A DNA stretch of 64,000 nt from Nitrospirota bacterium (GCA_963845245.1 CAWJRJ010000024.1:1-64000), one strand, 5' to 3'; positions 42,362 through 54,117 are shown, counted from the first letter of the stretch. A program made the numbers and translations. Notes: generated from the sequence alone by a model not told the origin.

Positions 42362-43339
42362 TTACTCCATTGCGCCCTTGGTCTTCATCCAGTCGGAGAA
42401 CTCCTTTGTCTCCGAAATCCTGGTCCAGTGCAGTGGGGTGGACTTATGCCTGTCCCTTGAGTTAATATCTGCCCCGTTGTCAAGCAACAGCTCGACCATA
42501 TCCTTGTTTTTTCTAAAGGCCGCCCAGTGCATAGGCGTCATTCCGGCGTTGTCCCTGGCCTCGATATTAGCGCCATTTACAAGAAGTTTTGCTGCGGCCT
42601 CAATTTTCCCGTTTGCGACCGCAAGGTGCAGAGGCGAATATCCCATGCCAACCCCGCCCCTCTCGTCCACCGGTGCCTTGTGAGTGATGAGCAGTTCGCA
42701 GACATCGGCATGCCCTTCGAATGCAGCAAGATGGAGAGGCGTATACTGACCATTATCAAGAAGCGTGGCCTGGCAGTCAGCCCTCATGTCTTTCGCGGTC
42801 ACCATTGCGCCGTGATCGATGAGGAGCCCACAGATATTTGCAAAACCGTTTTTTGCCGCGTAATGAAGCGGGGTCCTGCCGCGGCTATCCGCCTTGTCTA
42901 CATCTGCATTATTGGAAAGAAAGAGCATTACAATATTCAGGTCCCCCTTTTCGGCGGCTATATGGAGCGGGGTCTGTCCGATGAAGTCAGCTGCATTGAC
43001 CGGTGCATTTTTTGATATCAAGAGCGCTGCGACATCCTCAGCATAGCCCTCGGCAGCCTTGTGGAGCGGCGTCTTCCCTTCCATGTCAGCAGCCTTCACA
43101 TCCGCCCCTTTGGTGATAAGCCATTCTGCGGTTTCTTTCCGGCTGTTAAAGGCCGCGATATGCAGCGGGGTCTGGCCGGACTTGTCCTTGAGGTTTACCG
43201 ACTTGGGCGCGGCAGATACTATAGCCTCAAGTCTCGCGTTATCCCCGGCTTTGGCCGCATCGTGTATTTCATCTGCAGCGGCAGGGCAGGCGGCTACCGC
43301 AGCTATCATCACCAGAACCAGATTGGTAAGAATCCTCAA
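42362..43339 (-). CDS. Secreted ankyrin repeat protein
   Basis: Repeated G.TPLH.AA motifs; TTG start overlapping the upstream stop, followed by a signal peptide. Confidence 0.9.
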   Translation of the reverse strand: MRILTNLVLVMIAAVAACPAAADEIHDAAKAGDNARLEAIVSAAPKSVNLKDKSGQTPLHIAAFNSRKETAEWLITKGADVKAADMEGKTPLHKAAEGYAEDVAALLISKNAPVNAADFIGQTPLHIAAEKGDLNIVMLFLSNNADVDKADSRGRTPLHYAAKNGFANICGLLIDHGAMVTAKDMRADCQATLLDNGQYTPLHLAAFEGHADVCELLITHKAPVDERGGVGMGYSPLHLAVANGKIEAAAKLLVNGANIEARDNAGMTPMHWAAFRKNKDMVELLLDNGADINSRDRHKSTPLHWTRISETKEFSDWMKTKGAME

Positions 43340-44085
43340 CTTTTCACCTCTACCTCGGCATCCGGGTTGAACGGGTTGGTCCTTACCACGAAGGAATACA
43401 TGTACGGATAGTCGTCTTTCAGGTGCCTGTTGTACGCAAGCCACTCTGACAGAATCAGCGTGTACGCCCTTTTTATGTCGCCCGCAATATGCGACACGTC
43501 TGTATCGGGAAGGGCGCCGAGGTTCTGCCTTCTGGAAAGCTCTTCTGTAAGATGGAAGACCGCCCATAAAAGCTCCGTAAAGGACTCGTGCTCTAGCAGG
43601 TTGGGGTTTTCTATCAGCCCAAGAAGAAACACCTTCTGGCTTGATAGAAAATCTTTCAGACAGTGCAGGTCGCCCTTCCTTGCGTCTATCTCGAACTCAT
43701 GCTCACGTATACTGGCCAGCGCGATCTTGAATTCCTTGTCTGTCCAGTCCGTTGCCAGCCGGAGGGCGCGGTGGATCTCTCCGTCCTTCGCGTCGAACTC
43801 CGAGAACGATTTAAGAAGACTGCTGCCCACCTCGCTGAAGAAGGCGCCGATGACCATGTTCAGCTTCTTCTGGAGTGCGAGCTGCTCACGTCTTTTGAAG
43901 AGCTGGTTCAACATCAGGGTGACGAGCAACACCTGAACCGGCACAAAGGCCAGGTCCTGGAACATATAAAAGAACGTGTCATCAGCCTTGTGGAAAACAA
44001 GGATCTGGACGCAATAGACTATCGCCGAAGACGCAATAAGCGACCCGCCGAGGGCCGCCTGCCATCTGCCTAGCTTCATGTTCAA
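43336..44085 (-). CDS. Hypothetical membrane protein (2 TM + helical domain)
   Basis: 249-aa ORF with RBS; KKLNMVIGAFFSEVG, NPNLLEHESFTELLWAVFHL. Confidence 0.7.
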   Translation of the reverse strand: MNMKLGRWQAALGGSLIASSAIVYCVQILVFHKADDTFFYMFQDLAFVPVQVLLVTLMLNQLFKRREQLALQKKLNMVIGAFFSEVGSSLLKSFSEFDAKDGEIHRALRLATDWTDKEFKIALASIREHEFEIDARKGDLHCLKDFLSSQKVFLLGLIENPNLLEHESFTELLWAVFHLTEELSRRQNLGALPDTDVSHIAGDIKRAYTLILSEWLAYNRHLKDDYPYMYSFVVRTNPFNPDAEVEVKS

Positions 44086-44152
44086 TCTCCAATAGGGATT
44101 ATTCTTCAGTTGTAACAGTTATCAGTAAGTGTAGAACATGAAGAAAGATTTA

Positions 44153-44809
44153 TCAAGACCGGTTCCGGTTTTTCCGTATAAAGCCGCCAATAATGTTAAA
44201 AAGCGGCACATTACGCCTGTATTCATAGTATGCATCCCCGAAGGCCGGCGCGAACCTGCGCTCCTCGATGTAGCCGCCCCAGAGGAAATATGCGACGGCA
44301 AGCGTCCGTAGCACCAGGTTGTTGACGGTTATGACCGGTTCGAATAGAAATATCATTATGCCAGCCAGATACATGGGGTTTCGTACCAGGCCATATATAC
44401 CCGTGGTGACAAGCGCGTCCTCCGGCATGCCCTCAATGTCGCCGCCCGTCCTGCCTGTTTTCAGAAAATCTGACGCCTGCCTCCACCCTGAGAAATATCC
44501 CGCACTGAAAGGCCTCATGGCCTCAAACATTATATAGACCCCAATAAGTTGGAGTGCACGCGCGGGCCAGGATAAATACCAAGGTGAAACAAACAAAACC
44601 GTATCCGGCTGTGTCCAGATAATATATCCTGCGGCTGAAGCGGTTACTATGGAAATGATTGTAAACGTGAGGCGGTACCAGGCGCGCATCCAGTTCTCGC
44701 CTATTATTCCGGACACATAATTTTTAAAGGCGCGCGATACTGTGACGCTGTGGATAAGCGCAAAAGTCACGAATGCAGCGGCTACAACAAGCATCCCATG
44801 AGGGGTCAT
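44153..44809 (-). CDS. Isoprenylcysteine-carboxyl-methyltransferase/MddA-like membrane protein
   Basis: HS motif; LVTTGIYGLVRNPMY...EERR...FG.AY.EYRRNVP. Confidence 0.8.
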   Translation of the reverse strand: MTPHGMLVVAAAFVTFALIHSVTVSRAFKNYVSGIIGENWMRAWYRLTFTIISIVTASAAGYIIWTQPDTVLFVSPWYLSWPARALQLIGVYIMFEAMRPFSAGYFSGWRQASDFLKTGRTGGDIEGMPEDALVTTGIYGLVRNPMYLAGIMIFLFEPVITVNNLVLRTLAVAYFLWGGYIEERRFAPAFGDAYYEYRRNVPLFNIIGGFIRKNRNRS

Positions 44810-45466
44810 TTGATTTTGTACTCCAATAATTCCATGAGAACATTTGCATTTCCAAGGGCATCCACCGACTCTTCCTTTATTTCGCCGACATGCGGGGCAT
44901 AATACTCGTTTTGCACCTTGCGGTATTTTTCTGCTTTGCCTTCGTAATAACAGGCCGTCCTCTGTATCACACAGACGTTTTCAAACCGGCCCGCCTTGAC
45001 TTCGCAATCCGTGAAATTAACGACCCTGCATTTGACTCTGCATACCAGGTCATTGTCACGGTTGTCCTTATCGTACTCCCAGGTCATACCGACCTTGAGA
45101 GGGGTTTTCAAGATAACCTCACCGTTGTCATATATCCGTCTGCTGTTTCCTGACCTGATGTCAGTTCCGCCGATATGTATGATACGGCCAGCCCTGTATG
45201 CCCATTATCTCTTCCGTTTGAATGTTGACGTCGATCATCTTTGTCAGGCAGCTGACAAGGTAGGTATCGTGGTCATCCAGATACCCGACGACCTCGTACC
45301 TCGCAGTGCTTTTATTGTCAGCGAATTGATAGGTCCAGGAATTTCCTGTTACAAGCGGGTAGTATGTACTTGCATCGTCCAGCACTACCGCATAAGAACC
45401 TGCCGGCATAGCGAGGTGGAACGAAAGGACGATCAATAAAACGATAACTGTTTTTAATGCTTTCAT
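44806..45466 (-). CDS. Secreted hypothetical protein (apparent frameshift ~45150)
   Basis: Signal peptide, YYPL..GNSWTY, PLKVG.TW, V.AG.FE, YYAP.VG.IK. Confidence 0.65.
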
Positions 45467-45504
45467 TTTATTTTTCCTCCCTGCTTTATTTTACAGTCTG
45501 ACCG

Positions 45505-46117
45505 TTATCTGTTCTCTTCGAAGATCGTCCTGATATATTTCTTAAGGTTATGGACGCTGTTTGCCACCGGCGAGGCCGACTGCCTTGCCCTTGCAAGGAT
45601 GAGCGAGCCCTCGATAACCGCGATCACGTGTTCGGCAAGGCCCTGCGTGTCTATCTTCTTATTTGGCGCATATCTGGCCTTGGCATCGTCGAAGGCCCGC
45701 CTTCAGCAGGCCCGCCCACCACGAGAAATGCCTGTCGCACAGCAGCCTTATCTCCGGATGGGTGTCCGAGAGCACCTGCGCGAAGTTCCCGAGCAGGCAG
45801 CCTATCTGGTGCCCGGGGCTCTTGTTCATGCTGACTATATAATCGAGGTATCCGTAGATTTTTTTAAGCGGGTCGGGCTCATCGAACAGCCCGGCATCCT
45901 GTTCATCCTTGTACGCCTTCGATACATAGCGGTCAAGCACGGCTTTGCCGAGGTCCTCCTTGCTCTTGAAATAATGGAAGAAGCTGCCCTTCGTAAGACC
46001 CGCCTCCGCGCATATCTCGTCGACGGTGGTCGCGGTATACCCCTTGACCAGCATCAGCCTCAGGGCCGTGTCCAGGAACTTCTCTTTCGCGGGCGGGTTT
46101 TCTTTTGCCGTTCTCAT
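45505..46117 (-). CDS. TetR-family regulator (NemR-like); apparent frameshift ~45700
   Basis: KGYTATTVDEIC.EAGLTKGSFFHYFKSKEDL HTH; GCLLGN motif. Confidence 0.9.
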
Positions 46118-46130
46118 ATACTCCTCATAA

Positions 46131-46152
46131 ATAGACCAACTAGTTGGTTTAT
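46131..46152. promoter_or_regulatory. Palindromic TetR operator (autoregulatory)
   Basis: ATAGACCAACT-AGTTGGTTTAT (1 mismatch), 13 nt upstream of the TetR start. Confidence 0.7.
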
Positions 46153-46612
46153 GATTCATAGAATAAAACAGGCGGATGGGAAAGTCAATAAATTTTTAGT
46201 CGGTTAAATGTTTGAGGTGTATCGGGCCCCCAAACGCGGACGAATCTGGGCACTGGCAAGAACAGTATACCTTTTTAACGTTTTATAGATATCGCTGTTA
46301 ATACTCGACAACAGACTAAATGCCTGTAGCCCCGCTATGACGCTGATTAAAAAGCAAGCAATGCAGCAAAAAATTTAAACCATTTGTACTGATAGAGAGA
46401 AGCTAGTGGAAATAGCTTCGATACTTTCAGTGCCTCTCCCTTTTCAGGCTTCACGAAAAGAAGTCCAATCCCACAAAAGAAGGCGAAGAGGGATAGTAAG
46501 CCAAATATGGCCTTAGCTTCATTCATATGATTTCCTGTTGTCTAACGTCTTGCAGTGACCTGCCCCCATTTAGGGAACGGAATGTAGAAAATAGAATAAC
46601 GACGTGTTGCTA

Positions 46613-48206
46613 TCAGCTCAGCCTTACCGGAAGCTCGCCCATGAAGATTATGTCGCCCAGGAACGCACGGTATGCGGCGTGCTGCATGGCCTCGGTCGGG
46701 TCGTACGCGGCGACGACATAATGCGCGTCCATGAACTGCTTGAGTATGTACGGGCTGCCGAAGGAGACGACGACGGACTTCTTGTTCTTCGCGACGATCT
46801 GCTTGCCCAGGTCTGCCAGTTCCGGCGCGAGCCCGGAAGAGCCCTTGCCTGCCGAGACCTTTGAGAATATGGATATAATCGTAAGGGAGGCCTCTCTTGC
46901 GCGCTTGACCGCCTCCTGCTTGAGACGTCCTGCATCCTGCCTTGTCACGAAGAGGTTCGAGAGGTTCTTGTGTTTGGTGAGTGCGCTCCGGAGCGCACGG
47001 CCCGCCATCTTGTCCCCGTCGTCCTCCAGGACGATATGCGCGATCGTGCCTTTTACCTCTTTGAGGGCGGGGAATGCGCCGGCAGCCTTAACAAGCGTGA
47101 GCGCGCGCTGCGCCATAGCCTCTGCCGCCTCGGCGTTCTTCCTGAGCCTCTCCGACATCTGCTTGTCCGTGAGCCCGGCATTGATGCAGTATTTTGCCTT
47201 GGCGCGTGCAAGCCTGCCTGCTGAGGCCATGACATCCTCTTTCGTCACTTCCTTCTTTGTGGCCAGTTCGGAAAGCTCCTTCAGGAAGTCGGCGGGTGCG
47301 CCCGGGTGCAGGAGTATGTCCGCACCGGCCTTTATTGCAAGCCTCGCCGCCTCGCGCGGGGTGAACCTGTCCTTCAGCGCGCCCATGTTGAGCGCATCCG
47401 TAAGTACAAGCCCTTCAAAACCGCCCCGGTTCCTAAGGAAATTGCGGGTGACTATCTGCGAAAGGCTTGCGGGGTAGTTTGGGTCGAGTGCCGGGACGTT
47501 GATATGTGCCGTCATCACCATCTCGACGCCAGCCATGACCGCGCGCCTGAAACGGGTACATGTCCTCTTCCTCCAGGCTTTCCTTGTCCTTGTCCAGGGT
47601 CGGAAGGGTGCTGTGCGAATCGAGGCTGACGTCACCGTGGCCGGGATAGTGCTTCGCGCATGCCATCACGGGCGGGTTGCTGCCCTGAAGGCCTTTTATG
47701 TACTGTTCACCGAGCGCCGAGACGGCCTGGGGCTCGTCCGAGAAGGCCCTGGTGCAGATTATCGGGTTTAGCGGGTTGGAATTGACGTCCATCACGGGGG
47801 CAAGGACGGCATGCACGCCCGCGCCCCTGGCCTCCTCGGCCACGCCGGTCAGCATCTCGGAAAGAAGCCCTAGCCCTTCTCCGGTATGCGTATCCGTCGC
47901 CGCCGCGACCGCCATCTGGGACGGGAACACCGTGGCGCCTTTTAGCTGCTGGCCCGCCCCGCGCTCCATGTCGGAGGCGATCAGAAGCGGTATCTTCGCC
48001 TTCGCCTGCAGCTTCGCAAGGCCCTGCCTTACCTCCCAGAAATCGCCGCCAAAGATGATGAAGCCGCCCACCCCGGCCTCGACCAGGGCCATCACGTCCT
48101 TCATGTAATCCTTGTCAGAAAGAAGGGCGCCTTCAAGTCTCGGCATCACCCTCTGGGCCAGCATCTTTTGAACATTCAGGCTTTTCAAATCGAGGACCAT
48201 TGGCAT
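46613..48206 (-). CDS. nagZ: GH3 beta-N-acetylhexosaminidase; apparent frameshift ~47545
   Basis: ASDMERG, KHYPGHGD...DSH, VMTAH, TDALNMGA; GH3 C-terminal domain. Confidence 0.9.
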
Positions 48207-48254
48207 GCACCTTTCCTGGATTTCAAACAGCTCGAAGCAGTTTATGGATGATTT

Positions 48255-49415
48255 CTAGAAGCTTATCTTCCCAAGTATAGCCGTATGACGCGGCACCGGT
48301 CGCTGATGGTACGTTGGACGGGTTGCCCGACAACGTCTCATTCGCGAGCACCGCAAAGCAAAGCGCCTCGCGCGCCTCGGCCGGTATGCCGAACTCGTCT
48401 ATCAGTACCACCGGAATATCGCCGAAAAGTTCCCTCTAAAAGATCGACCAGAAACCCGTTCCTTGCGCCTCCGCCAGCCAGGACTACCCTTTCAACCCTG
48501 TGGGTGGGAAGGATGAACCGGACATAGGCGTCGTATATGCTCCTTGCGGTCAGGTGCGTCAGGGTGCAGAGGATGTCCTGCGTCTTTCGCACCCCTGTTA
48601 CGCATTATAACATTTGCGGCCAGGCTTTTACCAAACAGCTCCCTACCCGTGGACTTGGGCGGTTTTTTTCTGAAATAGGGATTTGACATCATCTCCCGTA
48701 GGAGAAATGGCATTAATTTGCCACTTGATGCCAAATTACCGTTTCTATCATACGATTTATTGCCACTACTCAGGATTTTGACCGCTTCATCAAGGAGCGA
48801 GCAACCAGGACCAGTATCAAACCCGGTAACTCCTGCCAGGTTTTCGGTTACAACAGTGGCGTTCGATATACCGCCAATGTTCTGGAGCGCAACCGTTACT
48901 CCGGGTTCCCGGAAAAGTACCCAGTCCGCATATGGCACAAGCGGGGCACCGTGGCCCCCTGCGGCAATATCCGCAGGCCTGAAGTCCGAGACGGTCAGTA
49001 TACCAGTCCGTCTTGCAATTATTGCGCCCTCGCCAATCTGGAGCGTGGCCCCGGATCTACTGCCAGTTGGCGGTATGTGGTATATGGTCTGGCCATGCGA
49101 GCCTATAAGGTCAACCTGGCCTGGCACCAGTCCCGCATCTGCAATCGCCTTCAATGCAGACTTTGCGAAGAATTCGCCCAGTTCGAAGTTCAGGCGGCAT
49201 ACAGACTCAGTCGTGCCGGCAAAGGCCTCCGCGACCCGCTCTCTCAGCCGTTTCGGATATGGCATGCTGCTGTGCCCGAACAGCTCCACGCGGGCCTTTG
49301 CGCCTGCCCCGGTTATCCTGGCAACCACGGAGTCTACCCCGTCGTGCGACGTGCCGGACATCAGCCCGATTATCACCCTGCTTTTTTTGGAGGTAATCCC
49401 CGCTATTTTGTTCAA
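48255..49415 (-). CDS. anmK: Anhydro-N-acetylmuramic acid kinase; apparent frameshifts near the 3' end
   Basis: IGLMSGTSHDGVD, GSHGQT..H, DFR..D.AAGG.GAPLVP, NIGGISN, FDTGPG, PPKSTGRE, REALCFA. Confidence 0.95.
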
Positions 49416-49593
49416 ACTTTAAGCCCTTTGGTGAGCCACTTTCCACCTATATCGCGCATTATACATTTTTTTCATCTCGTTTCAATTAATTTCTGCAATT
49501 CCGGCATCTTCCAGCCCAGGCATTTTAACACTTATTTTTCTCATTAAAGGGCCTAACTGTTCAATTAATATATATTAATAAATATATTTTAAT

Positions 49594-49622
49594 TTGACAC
49601 CACACTGCCGAGTGATTATCCT
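49594..49622 (+). promoter_or_regulatory. sigma70-type promoter
   Basis: TTGACA-17 nt-TATCCT with AT-rich upstream tract. Confidence 0.55.
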
Positions 49623-49671
49623 TCATTAAAGAAACTCAAACCCTTATCTTATCATAAGAAGGGAGAAACTC

Positions 49672-50606
49672 ATGGAATCAAAGTCTTTTTTAAATAATCA
49701 CAAAATACTGCTTGCCGCGGTTCTCTCTTCGACGGTGACTTATTTTGTGGTTCGCCGAGGAAATAAAACCGTTGCAAAGAAAAACAAGGAACTCGAAAAG
49801 CTCAACGGCCATAAAACAGAGGTCATGGCAACCTGTTCACACGACATGAAGTCCCCGGTCCAGGCCACCATGTTCATGCTGGAACTCCTGATGATGGAAC
49901 GGGAGGGAAAGCTTACCGAAGAGCAAAGGGAAACGCTCGAGTCCATCAAAAAAAATGAGGAAGATGTAATGTCACTCATCACAAACCTTCTCGACCTCGC
50001 ACGCCACGAGGAGGGTGGAATGAGCCTTCATAAGGACAAAACGGATATGAGGGCCTTGCTCGCGGGCTGGGCCTTGAGAGGCAACAGGCCATAACTGGCA
50101 GGAAAGGCCTCTCTTTCCGCTTTGCAATCGAAAAAGGTGGAGGTCCGTTCGTCTATGACGTGGACGCTCTCAAGATAACCCAGGTGCTGAACAACCTGAT
50201 GTCCAACGCGCTTAAGTTTACGCCGGCCGGAGGCGAGATAGTGTTGTCCGCAAGAAAAAAACTTAACGGTCACCTCAGGGTGAGCCTTTTCAATTCCGGC
50301 GCGGTTATAAATAAAAAGAAGTTGGGTACGATATTCGAGAGGTACGTCCAGGCCTCTGACGGCCCGGAGTCAAAGAGCGGTGCAGGGCTTGGCCTGAATA
50401 TCGCCAAGACCATTATAGAGATGCACGGCGGCAAAATCTGGGCGAAAAACCTGGCAAGTAAGGGAAGTATCTTCTCCTTCGATATTCCGCCCGACGGAAA
50501 GGCCTGCGTGACAATCAAGGACGCGGGTGCGCCAGTTCGCCGGCTTCAGAATGCCGTCATGGCGCTTTTTACATCCTCCAGAGGAGGCACAAAACCCCCT
50601 CCATGA
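49672..50606 (+). CDS. Histidine kinase (1 TM, HisKA, HATPase); apparent frameshift ~50080
   Basis: SHDMKSP H-box, NLMSNALKFT N-box, GAGLGL G2-box. Confidence 0.85.
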
Positions 50607-50810
50607 GGCGAGCGGCTTCTCATCCCTGTCCACGACCAGCATGGTCGGGGTGGACAATACGCCGTAAAAAACCCCCTCCGCGAGCCCCTCGGCAGTCTCC
50701 ATGCAGTATTCGTCGACGTTGTAACCTTCCTTCATGAGGTTCACCGCGACCGCCCTGGCGGCCGGGCACCTGCTGCATCCGTCCTTTACGAAAACCTTGA
50801 CAGAAACCAT
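50546..50810 (-). CDS. Small thioredoxin/glutaredoxin-like (NrdH-like) protein
   Basis: VFVKDGCSRCP, STPT cis-Pro motif; 3' indel in a homopolymer. Confidence 0.75.
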
Positions 50811-50854
50811 TGAAAAGCCCCCCTTTACCGCTTTACTGAGATACTCCACGTCTT

Positions 50855-50883
50855 TGTATACCATTTGGTCAGTGTATTGTCAA
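50855..50883 (-). promoter_or_regulatory. sigma70-type promoter of the redoxin gene
   Basis: TTGACA-17 nt-TATACA. Confidence 0.55.
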
Positions 50884-50989
50884 AGAAGAATACGTCATTC
50901 ACTCTAAGGGATATTAACTACCCGCACCCCTTTAGTATGGCCTTTACAGGATGTTTCCATCTTTTCCCATCCCGTCCCCCGGTACAAAC

Positions 50990-51125
50990 TGTACATAAAC
51001 CCTTATCCCGTTTATCCCGGGCATATTGTAAAATAACGTTTTTTAAATTGCCGCAACAAAATGCGCATTGGTTATCCACATGCTGTACAGCCTGAAGCCC
51101 AGACTTATCCACCATTTTTTGCACA
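50990..51125. promoter_or_regulatory. DnaA-box cluster
   Basis: TTATCCACA 51072, TTATCCACC 51105, TTTTGCACA 51117, reverse TTATGTACA 50990. Confidence 0.6.
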
Positions 51126-51129
51126 TGAT

Positions 51130-51183
51130 ATACAATATATGGACAATCCTCTAAAACTTACCACAAGATATTGTTATTGTCAA
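51130..51183 (-). promoter_or_regulatory. Tandem NrdR-like boxes overlapping a sigma70 promoter
   Basis: ataCAATATATGGaca (51130) and ccaCAAGATATTGtta (51161), 31 bp apart; TTGACA-17 nt-TAAGTT on the minus strand. Confidence 0.65.
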
Positions 51184-51298
51184 ATTAAAATCGAGCATAT
51201 ATTTCAATATCCCTACCTTCGATACTATTCTACATTACCCCTTGACTTTGCACTCACTCTTATGGAAAATAGATGGCTGAATTCTCAAGAGGGACACA

Positions 51299-51805
51299 AT
51301 GCACATACATAAAATCACCGCTGTCATCATTTCTGCCCTGGTTTTGGTTCTTTTCGCGGGCTGCTCAGGGCCAAGCGACCCCAACATCCTCTTTAAAGAG
51401 GCGCGCGTGTTGTTCGACCAGGGTAAATTCAACGAGGCGGTAAAAAGCTTTGACCAGGTAATAACACTGGACCCTAAACGGGCCGATGCACATTTCTTCA
51501 AGGGCAATGCACTCTCAGCCCTCGGTAAAAAAGACGAGGCCATAAAAGAGTACGACACCGCCATAGCTCTCGCCCCCGACGTATACCAGCCATATTACAA
51601 CAAAGGAAATGCCTTGGCTGGGCTGGGCAAGTACGAGGAAGCCATAGCCTGTTACGACAAAACAATAAGCATGAACCCCAAACACCTTAAGTCCTATATG
51701 AACAAATCGGCGCTGCTAAGGACAATGGGGCGTAATGCCGAGGCCGATGCGGTTATGGCTGTGGCTAAAAAGGCCGGTGCAGCCAACGGAGGTACGGGAC
51801 AGTAA
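51299..51805 (+). CDS. TPR lipoprotein
   Basis: Lipobox FAG|C; ~4 TPRs. Confidence 0.85.
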   Translation: MHIHKITAVIISALVLVLFAGCSGPSDPNILFKEARVLFDQGKFNEAVKSFDQVITLDPKRADAHFFKGNALSALGKKDEAIKEYDTAIALAPDVYQPYYNKGNALAGLGKYEEAIACYDKTISMNPKHLKSYMNKSALLRTMGRNAEADAVMAVAKKAGAANGGTGQ

Positions 51806-52308
51806 TGAAAAAGAGTCTTTTAATAATAATAATCTTCATGTTGGCCTTGCAGGTGTGGGGTTGCAAGGCCAAACCGCCAAAGGATGCCGAGACGTTATTC
51901 AAGGAAGGCGATGCCCTTCTTGTCGCAGGAAAGAACGAGGAGGCGGTAAAGTCCTTCGACGCAGCGATCCAGATGAAGCCCGGCTACGCGGCGGCCTGGT
52001 TCTACAAGGGCAACGCCCTCTCAGCGCTTGGCAAGAAACTGGAGGCGGTAGATTCTTACAACAAGGCGATCGAATTTGCCCCCACCATACCTCAGCCGTA
52101 TTACAACAAGGGTGTCGTGCTTGCGACCCTCGAAATGAACGGGGAGGCACTCGAAGCTTTTGACCAGACAATAAAGCTCGACCCCAAACATGTTAAGGCA
52201 TATTTTAACAAGGGACTGCTCCTGAAAAGGATGGGACGGGAAGACGAGGCAAAAAAGGCCTTCGCAAAGGCAAAGGAACTCGACCCGAACGCCCCTGTGC
52301 CAAAATAG
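51805..52308 (+). CDS. TPR lipoprotein, tandem paralog
   Basis: Lipobox VWG|C; shares KGNALSALGK and QPYYNKG with the preceding gene; TAATG overlap. Confidence 0.85.
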   Translation: MKKSLLIIIIFMLALQVWGCKAKPPKDAETLFKEGDALLVAGKNEEAVKSFDAAIQMKPGYAAAWFYKGNALSALGKKLEAVDSYNKAIEFAPTIPQPYYNKGVVLATLEMNGEALEAFDQTIKLDPKHVKAYFNKGLLLKRMGREDEAKKAFAKAKELDPNAPVPK

Positions 52309-52345
52309 CCTTTACTTCCCGGCAGGTTTGTAATATCGTAGCCGC

Positions 52346-54089
52346 ATGAGCCTCACGCTACTGGACTGGTCGATAATAGCCGCTTTCATGGCATTTTCCA
52401 TGGTAATCGGCGTCCTCTTCACGAAGAGGGCATCTTCCTCGCTTTCCGAGTTCTTCCTATCAGGCCGGAGCATGCCCTGGTGGCTGGCAGGCACCTCGAT
52501 GGTGGCCACCACTTTTTCTTCCGACACCCCGCTTTACATCACATCATTAATACGCACCAAAGGCATATACGAGAACTGGCAGTGGTGGTGTTTCCTCCTC
52601 TCCGGGATGCTCTCCGTCTTCTTCTTCGCAAGGCTCTGGCGACGCGCGGGAGTCGTAACGGACGTGGAGCTTACCGAGATGCGCTATTCGGGCAAGGAGG
52701 CCGCCGTCCTGCGGGGTTTCCGCGCAATATACTTCTCGGTCGCCATACACACCATCATAAAGGCCCAGATAATACTCGCGATGGCCAAGATAATGGACGT
52801 ATTCTTCGGAGTCGGCAAATGGCAGGCGATCTCCATCTCGTTCGGCGTGACCATATTCTACGCGATACTCGCGGGCTACTGGGGCGTGATACTCACCGAC
52901 TTCTTCCAGTTCATCATGGCGATGATAGGCGCGATCGCGCTCGCGTGGATCGCGGTGAACCACGCGGGGGGGCTCTCCGGGCTTGAGGCGAAGGTGACGG
53001 GGCTTTACCCCACCATGCACTACACCGACTTCTTCCCGCCCACGGACGGTGACCTGTTCGGCCCGGCCGCCCTCTCTTTCATCGCATACATGGGGCTTTC
53101 CTGGTGGTCGAAGTACTCCTCCGACGGCGGCGGAGTGGTGGTGCAGCGGATGTCCTCCTGCAAGGACGAGCGCCACGCGCTGCTCGGCACGCTGTTCTTC
53201 AACATCGCCAACTATGCTGTACGTTCCTGGCCGTGGATACTGGCCGGGCTCGCCTCGCTTATCCTCTACCCGGTAGTAAAGGGCGAGGACCCGGACATGA
53301 TATACCCGCGCATGGCGCTCGACCTTATGCCGTCCGGCCTTAAAGGGCTTATGGTCGCGGCATTCTTCGCGGCGTTCATGTCGTCCATGAGCACCTACCT
53401 CAACCTCTCGTCCGCATATTTCGTGAACGACTTCTATAAACGCTTCATCACTAAAGGGCGTCCGGACAAGCATTACGTCACGGCCTCGCGCTGGGCGACC
53501 ATCGTCCTTTCGGCCATCACCGCATACGTGGCATACCAGGCGACGTCCATCGTGGGCGTGTTCAAGTTCCTCATAGCCTTCGGGAGCGGCACCGGGCTCG
53601 TCTACCTCGTGCGCTGGTACTGGTGGCGGGTGAACGCGTGGAGCGAGATATCGGCCATGCTCGCCTCGACCGTGATATCAATAGTGCTCTACCAGCACCC
53701 GTACTTTGCGGACATGCCGTTCTACGAGCAAGCTCTTCCTGATCATCTCGCTCTCCACCGTCATATGGGTAGCCGTGACCTTCCTGACCAAGCCGACCGA
53801 GGAGTCGAAGCTCATCGAGTTTTACAAGCGCGCCGCACCCGGCGGCCCCGGCTGGACATACATCGAGAAGAAGGTGCTTGAGCCGCATACGCGCGGCAAG
53901 TCCATCGCGGGCGACATAGTGCACTTCATACTCGGCACGGTGATGGTTTACGGCTACACCCTCGGGATCGGCAAGGTACTGCTCGGCCATTCGTCCGAAG
54001 GCATCTTCTACCTGATCGGCGCGGTGGTTTCGACGGCACTGCTTTATTCAGGGCTGACGAAGCGGGGCTGGGAGAAGGTATACGAGTAG
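52346..54089 (+). CDS. Sodium:solute symporter (SSS); apparent frameshift ~53725
   Basis: FFLSGRSMPWWLAGTSMVATTF, V.LTDFFQF, VQRM, GLKGLMVAAFFAAFMS. Confidence 0.9.
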
Positions 54090-54117
54090 GCTGTCGTAGT
54101 GAGACAAGGAGAACAAC

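Noticed and set aside
50918..51124. 68-aa ORF with two CxxC motifs
   Set aside because: No RBS; VDK/VDN come from DnaA boxes read in reverse; probably spurious, though not excluded
52547..53473. 308-aa minus-strand ORF
   Set aside because: Antisense to the SSS transporter
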